Assembly: GCA_040954595.2 (NCBI GenBank)
Contig: CM082591.2
Span: forward strand, 3,457,957 to 3,521,956
Source of the DNA: Balanoglossus misakiensis
Taxonomy: Eukaryota; Animalia; Hemichordata
Direction: 5' to 3'
Length of the DNA: 64,000 bases
Part shown: piece by piece, positions 1 through 14,300 of the stretch
Layout: each line of letters starts with the position of its first letter
How positions within the stretch are numbered: the stretch's first letter is position 1
Notes under the pieces: generated by a model
Database searches by the model: none
The model's input: the letters and a program-made list of their open reading frames with translations, nothing else
Told to the model about the DNA's origin: nothing
Position numbers and translations under genes: made by a program

Positions 1-20
1 ACATTTTATAAATTTCTTAC

Positions 21-3000
21 CTAAAGTTTGACAGCATTTTCTTGAGATGTTCAACCCTTTCTTCCTTCTTTGCCGCTTCTTCCGGAGAAATCGTCTCATC
101 TTCTGTTTCTGGAACATATCTTTCCGGTATCAGTACTTTCGGTGGAAGACCAAGCTACAGGAAGGAATCAAAATATAACATATTACCCTCATGGAAAATG
201 GGCATTTGATAGAGGTTTGATGTGTCAGCCATCTTGCATGCAACTAACATTCACCTACAACATTGACATAGTTAATACTCAACACAAGAGCAATGGAAAA
301 TTGACATATAAAAACAGGTGCTGGTATAAAATATCCACATGCTAAAGAAAACTGCGCTGGAAACCTACGCAGAAATCTGTGAGCAGCTTGTCGTAGGGTT
401 CAGCTCCGAAGAACTGGTCGCGGAGATATTTTTTCTTGGCATGGAGATATGAGCTGGGACTCACAGGCTCATCTTGTGAGAGCTCTATGCAGTCATTGCC
501 GATGGATGGACTTAACTGAGGGTGATGGTTGACAGTTATGAGTGATAATGAGTGACAATGTAACACACAGACATAACAAGAGATCAGTAAAGATGGACAG
601 AGAGAGAAAAAGAAAGAAAGAAATACAGTTAGTCTGTATTGTAGGGTATTTTATTAAGATGAATGATTGTTGGGAGAGAAAGATGGTGACAGACAACCTA
701 ACAAGAAGATGTTATTTTAATGATAGACCCTGTTTATACATAAGTACTAGCTACTTCTTTAAAAATATACAATTTGTAATTATAGGGCAAGTGTCAGGTC
801 CCTGGCAAACTTACCAGTCCAAAACCCGTGGTTTCATCCTTCTCAACACTTTTATTTTCACCTATGACGTAGTCAGGTGAGAGGTACCCTGAGCCCATCG
901 GTGCATCAAGCGACTGCATAGCTCTCTCGATTTCTAAGATGGCCATGTCATCTCTTGCTTTCTGTGGGTGGAAAGAGTAGTGTTTAAACTTAATGGACCT
1001 GATGAAAGTTACCACCTTACAGCTAATGCACCCTTTATTCGCTCGGCAATGTTCTTAATTACACAACAAATTCTCCTTGTGTCTTGCTATGTGTTGCAGC
1101 AATCTGCTTCCCTCTTCATCTCCCATCCCTTTTTCATAATATGAAATGGTTTGATCCTGTTTGCCGTGTATCCATAGTGTACCAGCTTTTGCCAACATTC
1201 CATGCTTGATGCTTTGGTACACGAAGTTTGATTATTAACGACATATGGTATACTGCAAACCACCTGGAGGCTTTAGTGGGTAATTACCGATATTCCCGAG
1301 CGAATAATTGGTGTGTTCAGCTGTACAGAATATTGGTGACAATAGATTCTATAAACCCAGACTTCAGTGCAAAACATAAATGTCAACGTATTTGCGAAAT
1401 GTAGGAAGCCAATCAATATTGCTGTCTCTCCAAATGACATGTCAAAGCAAGTTGGCATGGAAACCATTTTATATGTCACTCTACTCTATATTCCTATGAT
1501 CTTTACCATTTTATTGTGTATTTTAATTTCATAATTGTGATCACAAGCAAATAATAATTTTGTCTACTAGTGTAATTTACCAATACGTCATGTACTTTAC
1601 TGCTAACAGTCTAGACAGGATGTCATATGCAACACCAACTGAAGTATATGTTGTGAACTTTCAAATGTGAGAGGTGATCAAATTATTCGGGATGAAATGC
1701 AGTGGGGTTGTGGATGTGCTTTTTTCCAGTGCAGTCTCAAAGTAGCATGCATGAAATGAGAAATCTAAATGAATAAACAACTAATGTTGGTTAGTACTGA
1801 TTGTGTTGTTTGGCAAGCCAATCAACCCAAACACTCCCAGAACCTCTGAGAGACACGACATTCCTCTTACTGTTTAAACACTGCTAAAAGGTCATACCAC
1901 ACAGATTAGGGAGGTGAGGGGGTTGAACTGGATGTTAGTACAAGCAAAGCAATGTCACACTAAAACTCAGCAAACTCTGTTAACACCACATGCCTTCTTG
2001 CTGTCAGTCTCGATACTCCATACGGGGGAAGTTGGATCCTGCGTCGAGGAAAAGTCTAAGCCACCTGGTAATGTTTTGGGCCTGTTAGAGCGCAGCAGTC
2101 TCTCACTGGCACTCTTAGAACGCACCTTTGGCTGTAAGTGGATCAAGTCCCGTGAGTGGAGAAATGAAAACAGACAACTTAGTCACATGCAAGATACATT
2201 AACCACAATCAAATTAATCACCAGGGTTGTTTATGAACATGAACATGAAGCATACAGAACATATTTTTGGAAACAAGACTTGTTACATCCCGCTTGTCAA
2301 GATATATTTATACAATCCCAGTCAGACAGGCATGGTCATGTACAACAATGATAACTGCAAAGTAATAGCAGAAGTTGGAACTGCAGTGCGAAATCACCAA
2401 GAAGTACCTAAGCCAACTGGAATATACCAACATTCAAAGTCAAGTCTAAAAGCAGTTCACAGTTTGACATTGATCACAGAAGTCCCCCGAAAACAGTTTT
2501 AAATTCAACAAGCAGGCCAAGACAACATGCTTAGTTAAAATACAATTCCAGTTACAAACTTCTGAGAATTACCCACATTACAGAGTGTTGATAGAACAGA
2601 GACATACTTATTTCATTGGAAGAAAGGAAGTCTTGTTTTGAGATATATCTTGTTGGTGCGTTCTTGACCACGTATGGTTGCCTCTGTAACCACAATATTG
2701 TTAACTAATAATCTGATGGAGTGGGGGAATATTAATATCAGAATAGAACACTGGTACACTAACCTGAACTCCATCTGTAGCTTTGAGTCCAAACGGTCTG
2801 CCTGTAGGTGTCCTGTAGTCATTTGCAGGTGGTGCGGATTGCAATGGCGCTGTAGTTGTACTTGTGATGTACGACTCCTCACCAGCTGGGGCAGCCCTCT
2901 GAGTTGGTGTTGTTCTCTCTGATGTCTTCAGTGAGGCGGTTGCACTCACCGGACGACCAGACGTCCTCATCTGGTCTGTGAATCGCGGGTAAGCACCATC

Positions 3001-6000
3001 TGTCAAAGAACAAGATGTAATCACGTTACTAGGGTAATATACACTTAATACCCAGATTTGACATTAGACGTTACATATGAACATGCTTAAGTACAGTGCA
3101 TGTTCATCAAATACTATTTTCATGGGAAAGTCAGAATGTTCTTACTGATGGCAATTTGGCAAACCCATTGTGCTCTCCTTTCTTGCCCTAGAAGTAAAAG
3201 CTTTGTAGACTTACATCTTCCTCCAAGAGAGTTACTTCTACCATTAGGTGATCTTGGCGCAGAACTCATAACTCCCCTGGTTGGCAAAGTCATTGACTTG
3301 CTGGAAGAATCGCCTGACATCCACTCAGCTGACAGTGGACGTCCTCCGATTATATCACCTCTCTTCTTCTCTTTCTCTCTACTTCTCCGCTCAGATTCCC
3401 GTTTGATGTTTCTCACCGTGCTCTTCGGTTTCTCGCCCGTGCTGGCTGTGCGCTGGCGGTTGGCACCCGGGTACGCGGGGGCACTGGCGGGCAGGGTGGC
3501 ACTTCTCGGTTCGTCGAGTGTCGGCGTAGTGGTGGTTGTCATTAGGTCGTAATAGCTGGGAGGTGGTGGACGTGGAGGTTGTTGCTGTATGGGTGAGATG
3601 GCCTGTACTGGTATCTGCTTGCTGCTGCTGCCTGGCGTAGCAGAAGTTGTTGGTGTTGATGTGAAGCCACTTTGTTCTGGGGATGGAGACACTGCTGGAG
3701 ACTGTTGCACATGTTCCTGCATTTTCTACAAGAAACAGAAGTAAGAGAATACACAGTGAAAATAAACATGATAATTTTCACTTCAAATGTAGATATCTAA
3801 CCCTAGGCAAAAAATGTTACATAGAGTTCTATAGAATTTGATCCTTCTAATTGATAATTCATTTTCAATGTCATCATTTACAAATTACCTGCACTTTGCC
3901 AATGCTGTCCATCCTCTGTGGTGTTGCAGATTTTAATTTCGTGCCTTGGATGTCTTTGGATTCCAGTGTGTCTAAGTCTGTCACCATATACGGACTGGAC
4001 TTGTGACGAGCCGGTGGCTCGGACTTGTGGCGAACTGGTGTCTCTTCTCTCTTATCTTTCTGTTTTATTTTACCATCTATAACATAAATTATATTATTAT
4101 GACATGGAAATTCTAGTGTATTTATGCTAGTCTAAATCATGTACAAATCCTGGTGTATTGGTATAAACTAATCTAATTCATGTACAAACAAAACCCTTTC
4201 CACTGTAACACATGCAATAGGCACTTATTTGAGCTATAATTTTTCTTTTTCTTGGAAATGCGAAACAAAATGAAAAATGATTTTCCATGTAATTTTTGTT
4301 TTAAAGCACAGTCATCACACTCACCATATGTTGTGATTTCTCTGACTTTATCCATCTCAACTCGCAACATGTTCTTCTGTCTCTCCAGATCATCAATCAC
4401 AACTTGGACCCGACCTAGTTCTCTCTCCATTTTCATCCTGGTTTTCAGTGTGTCCTGAGACTATGAGAAATGTACACACAAGTTGACTGGATTGTATGTC
4501 TTAGTTACACCCCACAGACTGCCAGTGAATAGTTAAACATAGCTTTAACAGCATTTGCGCAGTGATAAAAAAAATGAAGAGAATGATGTTGTTTACTTAC
4601 AGGTGATTTATTTCTGTTCTGAGCAGCTTCTTCTTGTATCTTGGTCCTCAACAGGAATATTTCATGTTCCAGTTTTGCGTTCTCTGCTGTAATGTTCTCG
4701 AGTTCCTGGAAGAAGAAGGCATTGACAACATGTGTTATAGACAGTCAACACCAATCTTTGATTTGAGATTATGTTGATAACTCACAACAGCCAAAAGTAT
4801 GAAGAAAAATGTTTTCACCATCTTACCTTACTCCCTTCCGCCAGCTGAGCTCTTGTTCTGACGAGATCTCTTTCAAGACCCTGCCTCTGCCAGTCGATTT
4901 CTTGGAACTCCTTGGGATTGTCACTGTAATGCTTGAGATGTCTGTTGATTCTTTCCAAGGCCTTCTCTATCTTGTCCTGCATAGCAAAGGAGAAAAAAAC
5001 ATTACCTGAGTTAAAGATAGATTGTAACCTATGAAAATTTACCAGTGACCATTCAAGGGACTTTCCTAAACTGTCCTTTATAGACAGATGGCCTTTATAG
5101 ACAGGTCGCTTAATGTAAATTGCATAGGGACTGTAACAAAAGGGGCATTTATATAGGCAAATGTGTACTATATAGAGGTGGCCATTAACACAGGTTTGAC
5201 TGTACTCACCATATCTTCCCTCAACCCATTCACATACGTAGAACAATCTTGTAGCTTGACATCCAGGTCATATAACCTTTGAAGTTTCTCCTGAAAAATA
5301 AATGAAAATACAAAATTATAGATTACTCTATTTCACCTGTCCCATATTTTTAAATTTACATCAGTGATGTTTTCCAGTAAATATTGAACTGATGAACAGT
5401 ACAGTAATGCGATGGCTTGAGAAAATCCTACATTATTTTAATGTAATAATATTCATAATTGACCAATGTTCACAAGCCCCCTATATAGTACATAATATCA
5501 ATGTAGTACAAACTATTTTCTACGGTATATGTGATAAAACGTGTCAGTGCTTTGAAATATTCTGGTACAGCGATGATTATTATTTTTGGGGATGGCCACG
5601 TGATATTTGTTTTTGTTTGCTTTGAAATATACTGGTACTGCAGATGTTGGTGATTAATATTATTTTTGGCTGGCGGCATGAATTTATATGTGTTTCCTTA
5701 GAATTAGATGTGCTACATGGGTCACTTATTATAAATGGCTTCCTGATAATTTCAGTTGTTAAATGTTTGCCGAACAGTACATATCTTGCTATGGAAACAA
5801 TGCAAGCATTTACGGCAGATGCATTGCAACAAAAGTTTGTGGATAGAAAGATGACGAAATGCAATGTGTAACAATGGGGAAAGCTGTTTGTATGTACATG
5901 TAGTTTATATCAAATTTTATTTTATTTCTGCTTCGACCTTTGCACTCTGACCTACAACATCATTCAGAAGATCTCTTCCGATCAGAGTTCAAGGGGTCAA

Positions 6001-8301
6001 AAAGCATATGACGATACTGTCGTTATACTGCTAGTACTAGCTGTATAAGGAATGTGGAAAATGCTTGTTTGAAAGCTGCTTTGCCAGAATGACAGGCATA
6101 TACGCATGGCAGCACATTGCACTGCAAGCTGTATGAGCAAATGACAAATGATCATGTAGGCGTATATGCAATAACCCTTTGCCCCTTGGCCATCTGGTTG
6201 CTTACGCAGCCAACATTTCCTTTCAAGCCAAGTTTCAAAAGGTTAATGCTTGATTAAACTAATGACAGAATAGAATATGACATATTGCGAGTTTTTAATA
6301 CTGATAACTATGTATAATGACATTGATTAAACTAATGAAGATGCCATGGTGATGCCCAGCGCCCTCAGCAACCCAGTTATGAAAATATTTTGTTTTTAGA
6401 ACCAGCTTACACCCATATTGTGCAATTTTCGGCACCTTGGCTGCATTTATGATAATGACCCATACTTTAATCCCTTCCCATTATCTACCAACCTGAAACC
6501 TTTACCATTGAGTGCATGCTATTCTTTCGAATAAAATGTAAAATAAAATTTGCTAAATTGGTGCAATTCTATCGTTAGTGCAAATTACCTCTAAATCCTT
6601 ATCATCTTTTGTTTCCAATTTTTTAAGTTCGGCCTCGTGATCATGCGCCAGTTTATCTTCTTGGAGTTTTCTCGAAAACTCAATTAGTTTCTTTGGAGGG
6701 GTGAACTGGTCGTCTCTCAATTGATATTGATACTAAAAAGTACAAAAAATAATCATAATGAGCTAAACGTGTGTTACAGATGCAAAACTTTTATCAGGTA
6801 CACCAAATTACAAAGTTTGGTGTACTTAATACAAGTACTGCATGAGTAAGATAAAAAGAAAAATGCAGCAAAATAACTGCTGTAAAAATGAAAAGACTGA
6901 TTTCTTCTTGTAAAACATAACAGAAAGAATAGTCAGAGTTTCACTATAGAAAACGGCAAAACCAGACCCCTCCAGCACGGTCACTTTGTTACGTTTATAA
7001 CTTCAACAAACACATACAAGAATAATCACACAGGATTTTTCTAGTATTGTTAAATTTTACATTAGTGGTATTGTTTTAGAACTACAATATACCAAAATAT
7101 ATATAAAAAACACCTTGATTACAAGTTAGTGATGTTAAACTTGAAAGCGGCAAAGCTATAGCAACTCCACACCTGGCAACTTGCTTGTCAGTGCACAATT
7201 AAATGCATACATTTGTTTGGCTAAACGTTACAACATGCATTGCCAAGAATACAAGCACATAGAACGAGATGCAAGAATGTGTAAAAAAGATGTTGACTCA
7301 CACAGTTGTTTTAACGAGTGCTTTTGAATTTATTGTCTGATTATTCCTCATTCTACTCATTAGTTGGCATTCCATTATTAGACATAAGACAAATGGTGTA
7401 TCATTTCGCAGGGTTTTCTTGAAATTCAATTCACAAAATGATCCTGAATAAAATTTCTCATTTTCAAGGAAGCCAAGGCAGTCCACTATTCAAATGCGTC
7501 GAATGCAAACATTGCAGAACATTTGGATTGGATGTAATGTTTGTACACACAAAATTACACACATGCCCACAAACATCGTCACCCTTAAAGAGTTTTTCAC
7601 AGATGACCAGAGTTCCTCATAAACCCTAACCCCCTCTGCAGACCATCACATAACCACAGCCACCAATAGATCATCATGCACCGGCTGCCTTTGCTCATTG
7701 AGGCAGGGACCAGCCCCCTCTGGAGTTCTTCACAGACCTGCGGGTACCACCGCTAAGACCACCAGCAAACTTACCTTGTAGAGTTCCTGGACCACCATCG
7801 CATTTTCACCACCGTACAGGTTACCCATCTTGACCAAGTTGTCCACCAAGTTGATCAGCGGCCGAGTGACGTCGAGTCTTGACTCCAGCTCTTCGTTCTG
7901 TTCCTTCAAGTCTTCGTACCTCTGCTGATGTTCAAACAACTCCTGCTGTGTTCTTTGGAACTGGTCGCTGTACCTGGACAATTTTAGAAACATAAAGAAG
8001 TAGCTTGTGAGACAAAAAATAATACGGCTAAAGGACATTCACTTTTGTCGGGCACATTGTTGTACAAGTATTCAGTTTCCAGCCATGGTCATAAGTCAAG
8101 TTTATTCATGTAGGTAGTTCTGATAAAGATATCTGTTTCACTTACTGATTCCGTAATGACTGATCTAGGAAGTCTCTTTCTATGGCCATCTGACCTTTCA
8201 CCACATCTCGGCTCTTTTCCGTGTTGGCATAGTTACGACGCAGCTGAATCAACAGCAGTACCAGTTCCTCATGCTGCAGAAAAGATCAATGAACAATCAA
8301 T

Positions 8302-8343
<42 letters not shown>

Positions 8344-11300
8344 GTCAGTCAGTCAGTCAGTCAGTCAGTCAGTCAATCAATTAATCAATCAATCAATAAC
8401 TAAAAGCACCATGCATGTACTTACAGTTTTACCCATGAGATCGCCGGCTGATATACTGAGTCGAAGTCGGTGTCCATTCATTGTCATTAGTTCCGGCTGT
8501 TTCTTCGGCCATTTCTTTTTACCTTGAGGCTGAAAAATAAAAAGAACACTTATCATAAGTTTGTATCTGTCTAGAGTAGGTTTGGCCATGTTCACGTTTT
8601 AAGAAGTTCTATAGTAGATCATAGTCATGATGAGTGACAGCATTCCTGCATTTGACTTACAACTGTACAGTAATTTGTTTGTTCATCCAAATTTCACTTG
8701 AATTTGACACTTGGTGATTAGTCTACCTTGAATGATTGATAATTGGCCTGATTGGATGTCTTATTGCTGTGTCACAAATTACTCAGCGAGAATATCCTAC
8801 CTTTCTGTCGACCTTCTGCATCATCTTATCAACTAACTCATCAGCTTCGTTTCTCTGTTTCCCTGTTGGTGGGTGCTGATAGTGACCAGTCTCCAAGTCC
8901 ATCACATCTGCCAGATGCCGTCTATTTGGATCGCGGTACGGGGCGTCTCTGCTGTCGGGTGTACGACTTGGCGACCTGGAATTCTGAATGTTGTACGGTT
9001 TGGGGGATCTCTCAAGACCTGATGGGGAAATTGAAATCGTGCTTTGATCAGTTCATGGAAAATTGATGTGTACTGCCGTATATGTGGAGAACAGGTGATG
9101 AATCCATACCAACTTAGTGCCGGCAAGACGGCCCTTGGTTTATTCTGGCACTGGGCACACATGGATGCAAGCATATTACACACACGCACCTAGAAATACA
9201 TATATAATAGAACAAGAGTGAAAGAGTCCTTACTGAGTCCACTTGGTGATTCCTCGGGATGTGTATACAGCATCCTGTTGTCTGAAACCCTTGGCTGGTC
9301 TGGGTAGACCTCTCTCTCAGGTACTGGGTATGTCTGCCTATCCCTGGGTGAATGTCTGTCATGTTTCTTTGAGGATCTTGGCAGTGCGTCTGTGTCGGAA
9401 TAATACCCTGATCTGAATAAAACGTGGGAAAGGGGAAGATGTCAGATATATACTTGGTTTATTAACAAATGTGTTCTCTACAGTAATCTTGTGATTTAGA
9501 AGGAAAAAAACAATTTCACCATCCTGACTTACCTTTGGCTTTGTTGGTATGCAGCGTTTTGTAATGGGTGCTGTCCTGGCACAAGATTGTAAAGGTAGGG
9601 ACTCTGCAGTATCGATCTTTGCTCATGTTCCACGTCCAGAGGACTCTGCAAGAACGACCTCTGCTCCGGCGATTTCCCAGGTGGTAGGTTGTTGTTGGTT
9701 TCTGGGAATTTGAATACTAGCGGTGACACCTGTTTTCTGTATTCCGTCTGATAGCTGTTGGGGAGCGGGGGTCGTTGGGGGTGCGCTGTATCTCGCGCAC
9801 GAAAATCGTTTGGATACACAGTTCTCTCCACGGGGAGAGACTGCGTGGAAGTCCTGAATGCATCCGAGCTTTGCAGTTTCACAAGGTCCTTTTCTTTCGC
9901 CTTAACGTGCCACTCGTGTAGTTGCCTCAGTGATTCCTGATGCTGGAGGTCGCGTGGGGTTGTTGCTCCGGGCGACCGTGGACTGTACTGCTGCGGGTGC
10001 TGTTGTTGGACTCCGCGAGATGGCATGGTGTGGTATTTTTCAGGTTCGTGCCTCCGCGCTGCTGGCTGCTGCTGTTCGGGTCTGCGAACTTGCGGCGAAA
10101 CGTGAGTTGGCAGGGTGCTGTACCGGTCGGGCGCCGGTCGGGGAGACGCCTGCGATTGGTACTGCGGCTGCTGTCGCAGCTGCGGCGAGACGTGAGTTGG
10201 CATTGTGTGGTACTTTTCCGACGGGTGCTGCTGAACCTGTTGCTGTCGAGGCCGGTACGGCGGGACATCGATGACAGAGCTATCCGGCGTGTCGTACCTC
10301 TCCATGTATTCCGGAGTGCGCATGTTGGCCGGCAGGGTGTGGCTTCGACTGTGAGGGCGCGCATCATTAACTGGCATAGACGAGTGTGTGGTTCTACTGT
10401 GGCCTGAATCCAAGCTATCCCTGCAAAACAAAACAAACAAATTTCAGTTGATTGAAAACACACATTGTAAACACACGCCAACAGGGGCTTTAACCCTTTC
10501 ACCCCCATTTTCTTGTATAGAGGTCCAAATTTAACATAGAAAACAGTGGGTTTGGATCAAACCATGTGGCTCATTCCAATGTTTTCACAGGGGATGAAAG
10601 TCCACATCTTACCTTGGATGATGCCTCTCCTGGAGTCTCCTCACAGAGTCTGGTTTTGGTGGCTCTCTGCTTTGAGGTGTACCTGTAAAAGAGATAGTCA
10701 CGACTATTAACCCTTTCAATGGCATAGTCAACTTGTTGTCATTTTCATAAAATTGATGTTTATAACAATTAGCCATATTTATTTTTCTAAAATTTTGATC
10801 AAGTCCTGCAGACTATAGAAAATTATGTTTACTTTGTCTAGAATTAAGAGAAAAATAGAGAAAATTTTGTGAATTTGTGCTATTTTTGTAATTTTTTTTA
10901 CAGCTATACCTGACTGTCGTGAAGGATATGGATTAGGTGTTCGATTTCCATAAGGATCGTATGGACTCGCTGATCTTTGTTGTTGCGGTGACACATATGG
11001 AGAATCGGTATTATCGTATGTTGACGCAGGCCTCTTATTTGATGGTGTGTCGCGACTGCCTCGTGGTGTAAATGATTTAAATCCCGCATCATCGTCATCT
11101 TCCGGTGGTTGCCTCCGGTCGTCGCGATCAGCTGCGGGCGACCTGAACCTGGGATCGTCATATCTGTCCCCGGACGATCTGGGTCTCTGTCTGTCTACGA
11201 CGCGCGGAGATCGGCGAGACTTGAAGCCAGCATCGTCTTCGTCTTCAACGGGACGCCTGAGGCCGTTTTCTTTGGGTGATCGCTGGTCCTCCCTGCAATG

Positions 11301-14300
11301 AAAACTACCTCCAACTTATTAAGTGTTTTATAGTGATATTGCTGTGGTACTGTTATGCACTGAACATCACATACGCTACCCTGGATCTCTTTGTAGTACT
11401 GTTATGCACTGAACATCACATATGCTACCCTGGATCTCTTTGCAGTACTGTTATGCACTTATGCACTGAACGTCATATATGCTACCCTGGATCTCTTTGT
11501 AGTACTGTTATGCACTGAACGTCATATATGCTACCCTGGATCTCTTTGTAGTACTGTTATGCACTGAACATCACATATGCTACCCTGGATCTCTTTGCAG
11601 TACTGTTATGCACGAACATCACATATGCTACCCTGGATATCTCTGTAGCACTGTTATGCAGGGAACAACAACCTTTCTCTAGATCTCTCTGTAGTATACT
11701 GTTATGCAGTGAACAAATATCTTACCCTGGATCTCTCTGTAGTACTGTCATGCACTGAACTACCCTCTTACTCTAGATCTCTCTGTAGTATACTGTTATG
11801 CAGTGAACAAATCTCTTACCCTGGATCTCTTTGTAGTACTGTTGCTAGTTTTAATTTCTCGATCCAATTCCTCATTTGTTCCTCAGTATCTGCACAAAAG
11901 TAATACGTCCTCATATTTGAATGCACACACTGCAAAAAAATATTTGGAAAATGTCAAAATGACATTCCTGATACCATTAAAAATAAATTAGAATATATGC
12001 CAAAAATTCTACTGAGTCATTTTTTCCAGTTTGTAGTCCACTCAAATTGTAAGTAACTGACCCCTATAATAATATTTCAATTTTCAGAATTCTGATATCA
12101 AATTAAACTTTCATTACTTTGCTCTTTTAACCCCCATCCAGTTAAATGGCTCCTTGAAACAAGAAACTCCCTATTTTAAATAAATTTCTGTCAACTTCTG
12201 AAGTAAGTTACACCTCTGACACGACAACAGTTATCAAATGTTTCTCACACATACATGCATGGTTTACAGGCTGCATAGAGAGTCTGAACACAGGCCCCAT
12301 TTATTTTTGTAATTAAAATTCATTTCCCTCTTATAAAACTCACTAACCTTGAATGCATTTTTCTTGTGTATTTTGTCTTCTGGTGTTACTTGACTGATTT
12401 TGTAGCTTGGCAGAAGAACAGACGTCAAAATGTTGTCATCTTCCGGAACTGTACGTAAAATGAGAGCAAAGAGAATTCATTTCAGTTGTCGCTTCAATGG
12501 ACAAGCCAAGTGAAAAAAAATCATTTGTTTAACTGTCATCACCGTTTAAAAAATTGTTCTTATCAACCGTGAGAAAAATAATCAATGTCCTTACACATAT
12601 ATTTCAAATCATTTGAAATGTGCAAAAATAGACACATTAAAATCACAAATACATGTACATGTATACAGCGAACTTTCAAAGAAAGAAGTACAATTAAGTA
12701 AAAGCTATGAGTATGACATGTTGCAAACATGCTCAGGCATATAAAAGTAAATGTACTAATGTTACAGTAATAAGTTAATCTGATGTGTGTATGTGTTTCT
12801 CTATCAGTGTGTGTCTATGTGTCAGTCTGTCTGTCTATCTATCTTACCTTTATAAATAAATAGACAGAAATCCGAGAGAACACACCACCTCCGCTTCCAC
12901 GCTTTCAAACCACTACTATCCTGTTTATTGAGCCATCCACTCAACGAGATGGTGGAATTGCTACTTCTCTTGACTGTGGGTAGACGGTTCTTGGGAACTG
13001 TTTTATTGACAAAGTTTGGTTTCTCCATGTTGTCTGTGTTTGATGACGAGATTGACCCTACTGTGCTCAACTGATCCTTTTTAGGGGTTCTGTAAATAAA
13101 ACAAGACAACATTTGATCAATTTCTATTTTCAATGATTTTCACTGTATCAGTAATGTGTGTTACAGTCTGCAAGAACTGTACCTAAGGGACTAACTGCCC
13201 TGTATTGGTGTTGACAAACTTTATGGTGTTGAACAAGAAAATGTATGTGGTACATAGAACAGTGAAAAAATAGCCACAAATCAGGCTAACCCAGGTTGGC
13301 CTTGGGCTAGCCCAGGCCTGACCCAGTTAGAAACTTAGTTCTGCTTTGTACTGTATAGGGTTGAAGTGATCACATAAAATGGATTAATATAAGGAAAACA
13401 TAGATTGACTAATCTGTACATAGAATGTGTTGGACTGACTATGATAAAGAGCAAAACAACTCTCAATGTAAGAAAATATTAATCAACTGAGAAAATCTAA
13501 AATCACGAAGTTTTTATGCGTTGATACAATTGTTAGAGTGTCGCTTGTCTTTTGCAAAACAAGAAACCCTGGCATTCAGATGTCAATACAATGTCGAATC
13601 AGACAAAACACTAGGGGGGTCGTTTTGACTCTGAAACTACATCCACATCCAGCTGTTTGCAAAATGATCAAAATTCAGGTCCCGTACCAAGCAGGATGTG
13701 AAGGCATGTCTGGCTGTTGAACAAGGCTTCTCTGTTGAGGTTTAATGTCGGTACTAAGTGTACAATTAAATCTTTATTGATGACAGTGTCCAATCTGACT
13801 TGTATACAGAATTGTCGCCTGTTACTTTTGACATTTGCAACTTTACTTCTGTTTGGGAGTCAATATTTAAAGTACAGGTACTATGATCAGCACTGATTGC
13901 TTAAGTCCCAAGAGATATAACCATTAACACACCAGGCTCCCTGGATTGTTGCTCCAAGTAAATACCGATATTTTGGCTGCAAAATAACCCATTTCAAACA
14001 ACCCATTTTCCTGTGATTCATGCTCAAATAGCAATTACATAAATTGTATATTATTTTCAACAAAGTCATTGCACACGCCAATAGTAAGCCTCAATGTTCA
14101 GTTTTGTCTACTAATACATACACACACTGAATGACTGTTCGTGAAGGCATTTTCTCTTAACAACAACATTCCTTTCCACTGCGATAGTTTCCCAACGTTT
14201 TTTTTTTTTATTCTAATCTTTTGAGCTCTGTGTGAGCAGGAATGATATTTGCTTAGATGTAAATGGATACATGGGTTTCACAAGTCTCATTCTGGACCAA

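Noticed and set aside
1021-1156. Possible alternative terminal exon of the PLEKHA-like gene (DQTISYYEKG...LLCN* followed by AATAAA)
   Set aside because: The acceptor has almost no polypyrimidine tract and there is no homology support; it cannot be supported without transcripts.
5300-7700. Possible transposon coding remnant in a 2.4-kb intron
   Set aside because: No transposase or reverse-transcriptase motifs and no clear terminal repeats were recognisable.
9927-10508. Several long overlapping ORFs on both strands
   Set aside because: Shadow frames of one GC-rich, low-complexity PLEKHA-like exon.
11347-11843. Regular repeat array resembling a CRISPR array
   Set aside because: Units are contiguous with no unique spacers, the context is a spliceosomal intron, and no cas genes are present.
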